This document shows, one piece after another, positions 43,129-53,048 of a stretch of 61,481 nt of DNA. The notes beneath the pieces are model-generated. The model was not told the origin of the DNA and did no database searches. It saw nothing but the letters and a program-made list of their open reading frames with translations. The first letter of the stretch is position 1. Each line of letters opens with the position of its first letter. The stretch is from positions 5,854 to 67,334 of the forward strand of contig CADCVG010000086.1 in NCBI GenBank assembly GCA_902806075.1. The letters are read 5' to 3'. The stretch comes from an uncultured Rubrobacteraceae bacterium. GTDB taxonomy: Bacteria > Actinomycetota > Rubrobacteria > Rubrobacterales > Rubrobacteraceae. Both the position numbers and the translations under genes were made by a program.

Positions 43129-43911
43129 GTGAAAGAGACGCTGAAAGGCAAAGTAGCCCTGGTCACCGGGGCCTCGAGCGGTATAGGCGAGGCTACGGCG
43201 CGTGCCCTGGCCAGCCGGGGCGCCGCGGTCGCGCTCGCCGCGCGGAGCGAGGAGAGGTTAGGGTTCCTGGTGCGTGAGATCTCCGCCGCCGGGGGGCCGG
43301 CGCTCGCCGTGAAGACCGACGTTGCGGACGAGGATTCGGCGAGGGGCGCGGTCGAGCGAACGGTGGGGGAGTTCGGCGCCCTGGACATACTGGTGAACAA
43401 CGCGGGACTCGGGCTCTCGGGGCGCGTCGCGGAGTTGCGACCGGAGGATCTGCGCTACGTCTTCGACGTGAACCTGCTGGGACCATTGAACTGCGTGCAG
43501 GCGGCACTGCCGCACATGGAGCGTGGCGGGCGCATAATCAACGTCTCCTCGGTGGTGGGGAAGCGCGCGATACCAAAGGTCGGCGGCTACTGTGCGACGA
43601 AATTCGCCCTGAACGCCCTCTCGGAGGCCCTGCGCGTCGAGGTCGCCGACCGGGGCATTACGGTCACCAGCGTGTATCCGGGGACGACACAGACCGCTTT
43701 CCGGGAGAACTCACGCCGCACGAAGGATGAGAAGCGCGGATGGCGACCCGGAGGTGTGACGCCCGAGAAGGTAGCCGAGAAGATATCAGCCGCCGCGGAG
43801 AGTGGCGGTCGGGACGTCTACGTGACCCTCCCGGACCGTATCTTCGTCGCGGGTGCGACTCTGGCGCCGGGCCTGTTCGACCGCGTGCTGCGTCGCTGGG
43901 CGAGGGACTGA
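43129..43911 (+). CDS. SDR family oxidoreductase
   Basis: TGASSGIG, NNAG, NVSS, YCATK. Confidence 0.93.
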   Translation: MKETLKGKVALVTGASSGIGEATARALASRGAAVALAARSEERLGFLVREISAAGGPALAVKTDVADEDSARGAVERTVGEFGALDILVNNAGLGLSGRVAELRPEDLRYVFDVNLLGPLNCVQAALPHMERGGRIINVSSVVGKRAIPKVGGYCATKFALNALSEALRVEVADRGITVTSVYPGTTQTAFRENSRRTKDEKRGWRPGGVTPEKVAEKISAAAESGGRDVYVTLPDRIFVAGATLAPGLFDRVLRRWARD

Positions 43912-43915
43912 TCGT

Positions 43916-44542
43916 ATGGGCTTCGAGGAGAGCGCGCTCACGAGGCTCAGACGCTACCGTGAGGAGGCCGACCGCTCGCTGGAGGTCCAGCGCGGGATAG
44001 GGGAGATCACCCGCCGCTTCTCTGAACGGCTCTTCGCTGGGCTGGAGCACTCGGCGGCACTCGGACGGAAGGCCGGTTTCGCAATGGAGACCGAGCGAGC
44101 CAAGAGCGTCCTCGTCCTGCGGGTAGAGGCCGCCCCCGGCGCGGAGACGCGCCTCACGCTCGGGCTCATCGGTGGCGTCGCAGCCGAGACGGACGAGGAC
44201 CTGATGCACGAGGACCTCAGCCGCTACAGTCTCGAACCCTCGGGCTACTCGGGCCGTATCCTTGGCTGGTCGGAGGAGGCGGGGGAGGAACCCTGCCAGA
44301 CCTTTGCCGTCTACTGGGACGGGGTGTGGAAGACAAAGGGGCTCTTCGTGACGAAGGCCCGGGGGCGAGTGGAGGATGCGGACGAGATACTCAACGGCTT
44401 CTGCCTGCGCATCGTCGGACGACTCGTGGACCTTGCGGCGATGACCGGGGGTGCGGGACGGCGATGGGGGACGGAACCCTACACTTTACCGGCTCTCTTA
44501 TCAGGGGGAGATCACCCCACGGAGATGCGCTGGCCCGGGTAG
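43916..44542 (+). CDS. hypothetical protein
   Basis: 208-aa ORF 4 nt after the SDR stop, GC3-rich codons. Confidence 0.65.
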   Translation: MGFEESALTRLRRYREEADRSLEVQRGIGEITRRFSERLFAGLEHSAALGRKAGFAMETERAKSVLVLRVEAAPGAETRLTLGLIGGVAAETDEDLMHEDLSRYSLEPSGYSGRILGWSEEAGEEPCQTFAVYWDGVWKTKGLFVTKARGRVEDADEILNGFCLRIVGRLVDLAAMTGGAGRRWGTEPYTLPALLSGGDHPTEMRWPG

Positions 44543-44814
44543 GGTGCTCTTACCGACGGCGACGCTGTCCGCGACCCCGACGAGGTAAGGCACCTTCGCC
44601 GCCGGGCTGCCCAGGAAGGTGACCGTTGCACTGTAGAGGTCCTGCGCGGTCGTCACGTAGAGGTTCAAGAGCCGCGAGAGCGGCAGATAAATCTCCTCCT
44701 CCTCAGGACCTCCAGATCTGTCTCCCGCAAGGTGAGCGGGATGGCCGTCCGCAACCGGCCCTACTCCTCGCGCGAGAAGCGTGCGTACCGGGAGAGCCTT
44801 GCACCGCCGGCCAA
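44543..44814 (-). pseudogene. coaA: type I pantothenate kinase 5' remnant
   Basis: Manual translation SRYARFSREE*GRLRTAIPLTLRETDLEVLR/(frameshift)/EEIYLPLSRLLNLYV...FLG...KVPYLVGVADSVAVGKST; matches the CoaA N-terminus up to Walker A. Confidence 0.85.
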
Positions 44815-44833
44815 CTCGTCGATCATCGCGGGG

Positions 44834-45193
44834 CTAGCCGTTGAATCTCTCGATGGACCTGACCTCGTAGCCCGGCAAGATGTCGCTACCCGTGACCTTT
44901 TCGATGGGCACGAGCAGGCTATGACGTACCAGATCTTCCAGCGCCGCTGCTATCTCTTCCTCGGTGCAATTCTTGAGGGTATTACGGAGGTCTTTACGGT
45001 TGATCTGGCGGTGCCCGAGGAAGGAGCAGAGACCGGCGTAGAGAACCTTTGGGGCGGGTGAGAGGGGGAGTGACCACACCTCGGGCTCGTACCAGAGGTC
45101 GCCGACGCCCACGGCGTTCTCCGGACGCGAGCCGCGGGCGTCGATCAGGAGCGTGACCTCGGGGAGCATGGTGGTCTGACGCTCCGCTTTCAT
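44834..45193 (-). CDS. hypothetical protein, probable winged-helix fold
   Basis: LSPAPKVLYAGL...INRKDLRNTL...EEEIAAALEDLVRHSLL; ATGA overlap with the upstream nuclease gene. Confidence 0.6.
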   Translation of the reverse strand: MKAERQTTMLPEVTLLIDARGSRPENAVGVGDLWYEPEVWSLPLSPAPKVLYAGLCSFLGHRQINRKDLRNTLKNCTEEEIAAALEDLVRHSLLVPIEKVTGSDILPGYEVRSIERFNG

Positions 45194-47670
45194 CGCAGGA
45201 TGGTGCGGACCGTCTCGCCGACGGCGGGGGTGTGGATCTTGTAGCTCGGCCCAAGGCGGTAGGCGAAGTCACTTATGCGCCGCCTGGAGCCGTGGATGAG
45301 GATGATCTGTCGCGGCGTCAGCTTCTCCGTTATGTTCATGAGCTCTTCCTGGGTGCAGTGCGCCGCGAACTGGACCTTCTCGACCCGCCAGCCCTCCTCC
45401 TCACCCGGGGCTCTGGAGGCGCCGTAGGAGGCCGAGGCGTTGGACGGCAGGATTACGGCGTTCGTCGGGTCGTCCTGTAGGCGCCTGCGATAGAACGCGC
45501 TCGCGCCCCCCTGCATCGTGACCGGCGAGGCGACAATGGCGCACGGGTTCGTGAGTATCCGTTCGCGGGCCTTATCGTCGTTGGCGACCGCCCGGATGTT
45601 CTCGCCGAAGAAGAGCTCCCTTGGGTCCGTGTGCTGGAGGTACGGCTTCATGTACCCGAGCTGCTCCGCGTAGAGGCGCTCCGAGGTCGTGACCACCGAA
45701 CCGTCCACGTAGACGAAGACGTCCTTGTCCAGACCGTACTCCTTGCCGTAGTGCTTGAGGCCGAGGATGATCTCCTGTGCCTGACCGAGAGCGTACGTGG
45801 GGATGAGAACTATACCCTCGCGCTCGACGGTGGTCTCGTTGATGACCCGGATCATGGTACGTACCGACTCGCTGAAGGGCTGGGGCTTCTGGTCGGCGAG
45901 CGTAGCCTCCATAATGAGCAGGTCTATGTCCTTTACGTTGGGCAGCCGCGCGGACGGTATGGAGAAGTGATCCTCCAGGCAAATATCCCCGGTGTGGAAC
46001 ACGGTCGCGGAGCCCGTCTCGAAGAGGACGCTCGCCGCTCCAAGGATGTGGCCGCTCTCGGTAAGCGTGATCCTGGCGTCCCCGGCCTTTACCGGCTTGC
46101 CGAACGGCACGGGACGCAGACGCTTCTTTACCTCTTGCAACGTCGCCCCGCCCTGCAGGCCCCCGCCCATCGCCGCGTGGTCATTTAGTGCCGAGGCGAT
46201 GAGCCTGGCGGAGGGCGGCGTGCAGTAGATGGGTATGTCAGGCTGGTCCCGAACCAGGAGCGGCAGCGCTCCGCAGTGGTCGAGGTGGGCGTGCGTGATG
46301 ACCGCCGCGTCGAGGCCCTTCACCGAGCGGAAGTTCGGCGCGAGAGAGCCCCTGCCGTCGGGCCTTATACCGGCGTCCACCAGCACCCGCGCCCCCCCGA
46401 AGTCAAGGAGGTGGCTGCTGCCGCCAACCTCGCCGGCCCCACCTAAAGCGCGGAACGAGAGCGTGGGCCGGGGCTTCGTGTAGGCTAAGGGAGGCTTGGG
46501 CTCCTCGCGCGGAGCGACGCCGTTCGACGCCTCCGTGACACTGGCGACGGCCTGAGAGGGTTCTGAGTCTTCTTTCTCCTCGGATGGGCGGGTGTTGGAG
46601 GAGTGTCCTGGGGAACGGGGCTCGCGCAGGTCGGCATGTGCGCGGAGCACACTGCCCATGAACTCCATAAGTTGGGCGGTGCGGGTCGTGGCATCTAAGG
46701 AGTTTGGGAGGTTGCTCACCTCGTTCTTTACCGCGCGGACGAGGAGCTCACCGAATCCCTCGTCGGTAAAGCGAGCATGTTTGAGTGCATCCCGAATCTT
46801 GTCGCGCTCGGCGACGACGCGCCCCAACTCCTCGTGCATCTCCTCCAGACGCTCGGCGGCGGAAGAGTAGGCCTTTCGCTCGCCTTCGAGGGTACGTTCG
46901 AGGTGGCGCGCCCTTCGCTCCAGCTCCGCGACCTTCTCGCTCATCTGGCCCCGTAGATCCAGGGCCGCCGTCGCCCGTTCCTCGGCTTTTCTGGCCCCCG
47001 CGACGGCGTTCTCGTTCTCGCCGCGCAGGACCTCGACCTCGCGCCCTAGAGACGCGGCCCGCTCGTTGGCGGTCCTGGAGGTAAAGGAGAGCCGTTCATT
47101 CTCGCGTTTGAGCCGCTCTAGCTGCGCCTCAAGGTCTGCGGCGCGAGCGTCTTCGGTGGCCTTCTTCGTGGCCTGCTGGTTCTCCTCTCGCCAGGCGGAG
47201 ATCAGGGCCTCCACCACCTCCTCTTCGGGGTCTTCCTGATCGCACAGGGCCGCGAGGAGGAGTCCCTCGGTGGTGTGGGTCCCGGCGAGCTCCTCAAGGT
47301 TGTCGGGGGTCAGGTCTTCGAGGACCTCGAAGGTCTCTGGTGGTATCTGCTCGGCGACGGCGGTACGGAAGGCGCCCCAGGCCGTGACATCGTTGAGGAT
47401 CCTGCGTGAGAGACCCTTTTGGATAGCGGCGCTGCCGCCGGACTTGCGGGTCAGGGCATCGGCCTGAATTCCCCTGGGTAACAGGGCCTCTTCGAGACCC
47501 GGAATGTTTTTGCACAACTCAACGAGCGTCCTCCGGGTGTCCAGCCTGGCGAGGCGGCGCTGCAAGAGCTCCTCGGGCATATCCTTCGGCGGAGAAAGGG
47601 GCGAGAGCTTGTCGGCTTCCGCTGGACCATCCGGCTCAGTTCCTCCGTCTTTGGGTATGGGATCTGACAT
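45190..47670 (-). CDS. MBL-fold beta-CASP nuclease with ~400-aa N-terminal helical/coiled-coil extension
   Basis: LGGAGEVGGSSH, DAG, THAHLDH, GHILG, TGD, MEAT, FAAH, LIHG; heptad-rich residues ~160-300. Confidence 0.85.
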   Translation of the reverse strand: MSDPIPKDGGTEPDGPAEADKLSPLSPPKDMPEELLQRRLARLDTRRTLVELCKNIPGLEEALLPRGIQADALTRKSGGSAAIQKGLSRRILNDVTAWGAFRTAVAEQIPPETFEVLEDLTPDNLEELAGTHTTEGLLLAALCDQEDPEEEVVEALISAWREENQQATKKATEDARAADLEAQLERLKRENERLSFTSRTANERAASLGREVEVLRGENENAVAGARKAEERATAALDLRGQMSEKVAELERRARHLERTLEGERKAYSSAAERLEEMHEELGRVVAERDKIRDALKHARFTDEGFGELLVRAVKNEVSNLPNSLDATTRTAQLMEFMGSVLRAHADLREPRSPGHSSNTRPSEEKEDSEPSQAVASVTEASNGVAPREEPKPPLAYTKPRPTLSFRALGGAGEVGGSSHLLDFGGARVLVDAGIRPDGRGSLAPNFRSVKGLDAAVITHAHLDHCGALPLLVRDQPDIPIYCTPPSARLIASALNDHAAMGGGLQGGATLQEVKKRLRPVPFGKPVKAGDARITLTESGHILGAASVLFETGSATVFHTGDICLEDHFSIPSARLPNVKDIDLLIMEATLADQKPQPFSESVRTMIRVINETTVEREGIVLIPTYALGQAQEIILGLKHYGKEYGLDKDVFVYVDGSVVTTSERLYAEQLGYMKPYLQHTDPRELFFGENIRAVANDDKARERILTNPCAIVASPVTMQGGASAFYRRRLQDDPTNAVILPSNASASYGASRAPGEEEGWRVEKVQFAAHCTQEELMNITEKLTPRQIILIHGSRRRISDFAYRLGPSYKIHTPAVGETVRTILR

Positions 47671-47795
47671 CGTAACTCCCCTCGCGGATAATAATGTTTT
47701 CCGGCGATTTCATACCTCCAAATTTTATCATGGGCCTCCTGAGAGCCTTATGGGGACTTCTACGAGACGCGAAATTGCTATAGACTTCTCGAGTC

Positions 47796-48062
47796 ATGGG
47801 CGGAACACTGAAGAACGAGGCAAAGATTTTGGCCTACTCTCCAGGCCGCTACCCTATACTGGTCGTGGAATTGCCTTCCGGCGAGCTACGGACGTTCTAC
47901 TACGAGACCGGCTACGACTCCGAACAGACCAAGCCTGTGACGGAGGACTGGATGCGGGAGAATGCCATCGGACGCCATAGCTTCGTCGAGATTCCGCCCC
48001 GCGAGGTCCCCATCTCCGCCCTCAGAGACTACGTCCGCCGGGAGCTATTAGAAGAGTCCTAG
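47796..48062 (+). CDS. hypothetical protein
   Basis: 88-aa ORF with globular-protein composition, divergent from the nuclease gene. Confidence 0.55.
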   Translation: MGGTLKNEAKILAYSPGRYPILVVELPSGELRTFYYETGYDSEQTKPVTEDWMRENAIGRHSFVEIPPREVPISALRDYVRRELLEES

Positions 48063-48093
48063 AAGCCGCGAGCACCGGACGGCTCACAACGCG

Positions 48094-50037
48094 CTAGTCA
48101 TTCTTGCTGTCTCCGCCTTTGCTCTTGGGCTGTGCGGGCTGTTTCGGAGCAGCCTGTTCCGATGCGGGCTGCGGCGTATTCGACTCCGGCTCCGGGGTGG
48201 GCGCCGGGCTGGGAGGCGGCGGTCCCTGGCTCGTGGACAGGGTTATCAAGGTCCCCGGGGCAACCTGAAGGCCCGCCTGTAGATCGGTGCTGACCACCTC
48301 ATTCTCGGGTCGGCTGCTTGGTATGGTGTTCACCGTCTCGTTTACCGTCAGCCCCGCCTCCCTCAACCTTTGGGCCGCCGTGACCCAATCCTGTCCCACG
48401 ACGTCCGGGACGGTTATCTCCTCAGGACCCGAGCTTACTACGACGTCTACCGAGCTGTCGGGCTCTGCGCTGCTCTGCGCGGCAGGATTCTGCGAGGTGA
48501 TCGAGCCAGCCGCTACCGTATTGCTCGCCTCCCGTGTCTGGACGCCTAGCGCGAGGCCGGCCTCCGCGAGTACGTTGTTCGCTCCTTCGGGGGTAAGGTT
48601 GTAGAGGTCGGGGACCGTCACGGTCTCGGGTCCGTCGCTGACCATGATCGTCACCGTCGAACCCGCCTCGGCAGTCTCGCCCGGCCCACCCCGTGGGTTT
48701 TGCCGGATCACGTAATCATCCTCTACCACGGAGCTCGTCTCGATCTCCTCCGCGACCTCGAATCCCGCCTCTTCGAGGGTCTCTCTGGCCTCCTGGCGCG
48801 TCTCGCCTCTAACGTTCGGCACCCCCTTGCCATCGCTGACGTCCACGGAGATGACCGAATTGATGTTTTGCTCCTCCCCGCTATTCGGGTCTTGCTCCAC
48901 GATGGTGCCTATGGGTTCTTCGCTCTCCACCCTGCTGCCCTCGTCGATCACGAAGTCTTCCCCGACCTCCTCTCGCGCCTCGACGATGGTACTGCCGGCA
49001 AGGTCCGGGACAGCGACCGTCCTGGGCGATAGCAACGGGGCCAGGACAGCGTAGGCGCCACCACCGAGCAGGGCCAGGAGCAGGAGAACGAGCAGGATCG
49101 GGACCCAGCGACGGTTCTTGTGCTTGCCTTGAGTAGGCGGCGGGACGACGCGCGTCTGGGCCGGGCTCGTGGGCGCTACACGGTTCATGACCTGGGTCTT
49201 GCTCATCGCGAAGGGCTTGAGGCCGTCGAGCACCCTTTCGAGGTCCCGTATGAGCTCGTTGGCGTCGGCGTAACGGTCTTCGGGGTTCTTGGCGAGGAGC
49301 CGAACGGTAATGGCGTTGATACCTTCCGGTACCTCGGGGTTGACCTCTCCGGGCGGGACGAGGTGGCCGTTTACGTGCTTCATGGCGATACCAATGGACG
49401 TCTCGGCGTCGTAGGGGAGCCCGCCGGTGAGCATCTCGTAGAGGACGACGCCCAAGGAGTACAGGTCACTCTGCGGGCCGACCGGCTCGCCCATCGCCTG
49501 CTCCGGGGAGATGTAGTGGGCGGTGCCCAGGATCGAGCCGGTCTTCGTCATCGTGCTCGACGAAGCGGCTCTGGCGATGCCGAAGTCCCCGACCTTGACG
49601 TCACCCGAGGCGGTGACGAGGACGTTGTGCGGTTTTATGTCCCGATGCACGACTCCGGCCCTGTGCGCGGCCTGCAACGCCTCGGCGATCTGGAGCGCCA
49701 CCGCGGCCGCCGTCTGGGGCGGCAACGCCCCGCGCTTCAAGATGCGATCCTTCAGGGCGCCGCCGGGCAGGTACTCCATCGCGATGTAGTACGTTCCGTC
49801 CTCGGACTCGCCCCGGTCGTAGATAGAGACGATGTTAGGGTGACTTAGGGCGGCTGCACTCTGGGCCTCGCGCTTGAAGCGCTCGACGAACTCCTCGTCG
49901 TCGGCGTAGCGCCCGTTCATCGTCTTGAGGGCCACGTCCCGGTCCAGCACGTCGTCGTGGGCGAGATAGACCTCTGCCATGCCCCCCGATCCCAGGGGCC
50001 TGACTACGCGGTAACGGTTGTCTACGAGCTGTTCCAA
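48094..50037 (-). CDS. pknB: PASTA-domain Ser/Thr protein kinase
   Basis: GSGGMAEVY, HRDIKPHN, DFGIA, GTAHYISPEQ, one TM, about four VP(D/N)-type PASTA repeats. Confidence 0.95.
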   Translation of the reverse strand: MEQLVDNRYRVVRPLGSGGMAEVYLAHDDVLDRDVALKTMNGRYADDEEFVERFKREAQSAAALSHPNIVSIYDRGESEDGTYYIAMEYLPGGALKDRILKRGALPPQTAAAVALQIAEALQAAHRAGVVHRDIKPHNVLVTASGDVKVGDFGIARAASSSTMTKTGSILGTAHYISPEQAMGEPVGPQSDLYSLGVVLYEMLTGGLPYDAETSIGIAMKHVNGHLVPPGEVNPEVPEGINAITVRLLAKNPEDRYADANELIRDLERVLDGLKPFAMSKTQVMNRVAPTSPAQTRVVPPPTQGKHKNRRWVPILLVLLLLALLGGGAYAVLAPLLSPRTVAVPDLAGSTIVEAREEVGEDFVIDEGSRVESEEPIGTIVEQDPNSGEEQNINSVISVDVSDGKGVPNVRGETRQEARETLEEAGFEVAEEIETSSVVEDDYVIRQNPRGGPGETAEAGSTVTIMVSDGPETVTVPDLYNLTPEGANNVLAEAGLALGVQTREASNTVAAGSITSQNPAAQSSAEPDSSVDVVVSSGPEEITVPDVVGQDWVTAAQRLREAGLTVNETVNTIPSSRPENEVVSTDLQAGLQVAPGTLITLSTSQGPPPPSPAPTPEPESNTPQPASEQAAPKQPAQPKSKGGDSKND

Positions 50038-50057
50038 ACTAGTAGCGCATTATAGCG

Positions 50058-51725
50058 TCAGCTGCCCGGTCTCTGGACGGGTGGCTGTCCGGGGGTCTGA
50101 TTCGGGGGCTGTCCGGGAGGCTGGTTGGAGGGCTGAGACGGAGGCTGTGTCGGGTTGCGGCCGGGGCTCTGGTTGGGGGCTCGGAAAGGCGCGAACGGGT
50201 CCGCGTTCTGCGGTTGCGCGGGCTGGGTGGTCGGGACCGTGCTCTCGCTCGGCGGTTGAGCAGGCTGGGCCGGTGGCTGAGCGGTCGTGCTCTCGTTCGG
50301 TAGCTCGCCCTGGCTCTTGAGGTAGGTCTCCATCATGCGGCGGGCGATCGGGAGGGCTTGCTTGTAGCCCTCGTTCCCGTTCTCGACCATGACGGCGACG
50401 GCTATCTCCGGGTCGTCCGCCGGGGCGAAGGAGATAAACCAGGAGTGAGGGTCGCCGGCCGGGTTCTCCGCGGTACCGGTCTTCGCGGCCACCTTGACGC
50501 CGGGAATCCTGGCCGTGGTCTCTTCGTCCTCCACGACGCTCTCCATCATGTCGGTCAGAGTATTTGCGGTCTCCTCGTCGAGCACGTTCTGGCGGACGCT
50601 AGAGGTAGGCTGGTCGAGGATGACGCCATCCGGAGAGCGGACCTCCCGGACGAGGCGGGGGTCCATCAGGTTCCCGTCGTTTGCGATGGCGCCGGAAACC
50701 TGTGCCATCTCAAAGACGGTGCTGGTGACCGGTCCCTGGCCGAAGGAGATCTGGGCTATGTTCCCCTTGACCCACTCCTCGGGCGGAATGTCGCCCAGAG
50801 AGCTCTGGGCAACGGGGATCGGGAAGCCCTCGTAGGTATCGCCGTAGCCGAAGTCGTAGGCCGTCTGGGCGAGGGTCTGGTTGCCGACGTACTCGTAGGC
50901 GACCCTGGCGAAGATGGTATTTATGGACTTAGAGATAGCCTCCTCGAAGGTCACCTCCCCATAGCTTTTGGCCTGGTAGTTGTACACCGTGTAGCCCGGC
51001 GTCTCGTAGGTGCCGTTGTCCCTAAAGGTGTCCGACGGCTCCACACCCTCCTTCAGGGCGGCCGCGGCCGTTATGACCTTGAAGGTCGAGCCCGGTGGGT
51101 AGAGTCCCTGCGTCGCCCGGTTGTAGAGGGGGTTGTCCGGATCCTCGATGAGGTCGGAGAAGTTCTCGTCTATGTTGTTCGGGTCGTAGGAAGGGTAGGA
51201 GACGAGGGAGAGTACCTCGCCGTTCTGCGGGTTCAGGGCGACGGCGGCGCCGCGCCCGGTGCTGCTGGCGGCCAGGCCGTCGTAGGCGGCGCGCTGGAGC
51301 TCGGGGTCCAGGGTGAGCTCGACGTCGTTGCCAGCCTGGGGGCCGCCGGAGACCTGGTTCAAAAGCTCGTCTAAAGTCTCGGGTTCGCCGTTACCGGAGA
51401 GGTTGTTGTTCTCCCCGATCTCGATTCCGCTCGCCCCATACCTGGTGCTCCAGTAGCCGGTGATACCCGCGTAGAGAGGTCCTTCGGGATAGACGCGCTC
51501 GTAGGTACCACCGTCCTGCTCCTCGCTTCTAGCCAGCTCGGTCTCACCGTCGCCGGCGAGGATCAGACCACGCGGGACCGACTGGACCCGCTGCGACTGC
51601 AAGGAGTTGGACGGGTCGGTCGCCAGAGACTCCTGAGCGTAGACCTGCCAGTATGCCAGAACCCCGACTAGCGAGACGAAGCCGGCAACAAAGAAGTAGA
51701 AGGTGCGCCTGAGGTGGGCGTTCAA
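50058..51725 (-). CDS. pbpA: class B penicillin-binding protein
   Basis: YPPGSTFK (SxxK), SIN (SxN), KTGTAE; Pro/Gln-rich tail. Confidence 0.92.
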   Translation of the reverse strand: MNAHLRRTFYFFVAGFVSLVGVLAYWQVYAQESLATDPSNSLQSQRVQSVPRGLILAGDGETELARSEEQDGGTYERVYPEGPLYAGITGYWSTRYGASGIEIGENNNLSGNGEPETLDELLNQVSGGPQAGNDVELTLDPELQRAAYDGLAASSTGRGAAVALNPQNGEVLSLVSYPSYDPNNIDENFSDLIEDPDNPLYNRATQGLYPPGSTFKVITAAAALKEGVEPSDTFRDNGTYETPGYTVYNYQAKSYGEVTFEEAISKSINTIFARVAYEYVGNQTLAQTAYDFGYGDTYEGFPIPVAQSSLGDIPPEEWVKGNIAQISFGQGPVTSTVFEMAQVSGAIANDGNLMDPRLVREVRSPDGVILDQPTSSVRQNVLDEETANTLTDMMESVVEDEETTARIPGVKVAAKTGTAENPAGDPHSWFISFAPADDPEIAVAVMVENGNEGYKQALPIARRMMETYLKSQGELPNESTTAQPPAQPAQPPSESTVPTTQPAQPQNADPFAPFRAPNQSPGRNPTQPPSQPSNQPPGQPPNQTPGQPPVQRPGS

Positions 51726-53044
51726 GCGGTCACCTTCTCGGTCGCGTACTCCCCCGCCTCCTTATCCTCCTCGACGGGCTGCTTACCGGCGTTCTCGGAG
51801 ACGACCAGGAGGAGGCCGGTAATGATGAAGTTGCCGACTACTGAGGAGCCGCCGTAGGAGACGAAGGGGAGTGTAATGCCGGTCAGCGGTATTGCCTTCG
51901 TAACGCCGCCGACGATGACGAGGGTCTGTAAAGCGAACATGGCTGTCAGGCCGAAGGCGAGGAGCTTCGAGCCGTCGTCTTCGGCGAGGAGGGCTATCTT
52001 CATACCCCGGTATACGAAGATGAGGAAGGCCAGAATCAGGGCGGTCGCCCCCAGAAGACCCAGCTCGCTGGCGATCGTCGAGAAGATGAAGTCGGTCTGG
52101 ACCTCGGGGATGGTCTGGGAGAAGCCCTCGCCGAGACCCGTGCCAGTGAGGCCGCCGTCGGCGATGTTGAAGATGCTCTGGGTAATCTGGAACCCAGCAT
52201 CGTCGGGGTCGGACCAGGGGTCGAGCCAGGCCGATACGCGCAACTGCACGTGCGGGAAGAGCAAGTATGTCGCGTACGAGCCCACCGCGAAGAGCAGTGT
52301 GCCGAGGATGATGTAGGCTATGCGCCCGGTCGCCGCGTAGAGCATCAACAGGGGCACGGCAAAGAAGAGCAGGCTACTCCCGAGATCCTTCTCGAAGACG
52401 AGGAGCCCCAGAGAGGCCGCCCACACGAGGGCGACGGGTCCGAAGTACTTGAGCGCCGGGAGCTGCACACCCATGAACGAGCGGCTCGTCGCCGCCCAGA
52501 GGTCCCGCGTGTCGGCGAGATAGCCGGCGAAGAAGATGACGAGTGCGATCCTCGCGAACTCCGAGGGCTGGAGGTTGACCGGCCCGAGGTTCAGCCAGAG
52601 CCTCGCACCGTTGACCTCGTAACCCAGAGGGGTGAAGGTCATGGCCACGAGGACGACCGCCGCCAGAGCCAGGAGGTACTTGTAGGCGAAGAGCTTCTGG
52701 TAGTCGCGGAAGAGGAGGACCGTGAGCGTTAGCGCGCCGCTCCCAACGAGGATCCAGACAGCCTGAGTGGTGGCCAGGTTTTCGACGCCCGGCACCTCGT
52801 AGGTGAGACGATAGATCATGACGAGCCCGACCCCTGTGAGGAGGGTTACTATCGCCAGCAGCAGCGTGTCCGCGTGCGGCAGCCAGATCCTGACGCCCAG
52901 GTAGAGCAGGATCATCGTCCCCGCGTAGTAGGCCCCGTAGATCAGGGGCGGGCTCTTGGCCTCCTGTACGAAGATGAGGGTCGCGAAACCTAAAGTGGTG
53001 ATGATGAGGGCGAGGGCCATCGGTATGCTCGCGCGCTGGGTCAT
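51722..53044 (-). CDS. rodA: SEDS peptidoglycan glycosyltransferase
   Basis: NGARLW, QPSEFAR, EKDLG, PEVQTDFIF, IPLTGITLPFVSYGGSS. Confidence 0.93.
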   Translation of the reverse strand: MTQRASIPMALALIITTLGFATLIFVQEAKSPPLIYGAYYAGTMILLYLGVRIWLPHADTLLLAIVTLLTGVGLVMIYRLTYEVPGVENLATTQAVWILVGSGALTLTVLLFRDYQKLFAYKYLLALAAVVLVAMTFTPLGYEVNGARLWLNLGPVNLQPSEFARIALVIFFAGYLADTRDLWAATSRSFMGVQLPALKYFGPVALVWAASLGLLVFEKDLGSSLLFFAVPLLMLYAATGRIAYIILGTLLFAVGSYATYLLFPHVQLRVSAWLDPWSDPDDAGFQITQSIFNIADGGLTGTGLGEGFSQTIPEVQTDFIFSTIASELGLLGATALILAFLIFVYRGMKIALLAEDDGSKLLAFGLTAMFALQTLVIVGGVTKAIPLTGITLPFVSYGGSSVVGNFIITGLLLVVSENAGKQPVEEDKEAGEYATEKVTA

Positions 53045-53048
53045 CGGG

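Noticed and set aside
43095-43400. N-terminal extension of the coaC ORF
   Set aside because: Overlaps the divergent SDR gene; homology starts at the GTG at 43094
41917-47670. Possible genomic island integrated at tRNA-Gly (or tRNA-Leu)
   Set aside because: No integrase, no duplicated tRNA 3' end noticed, and composition similar to the flanks
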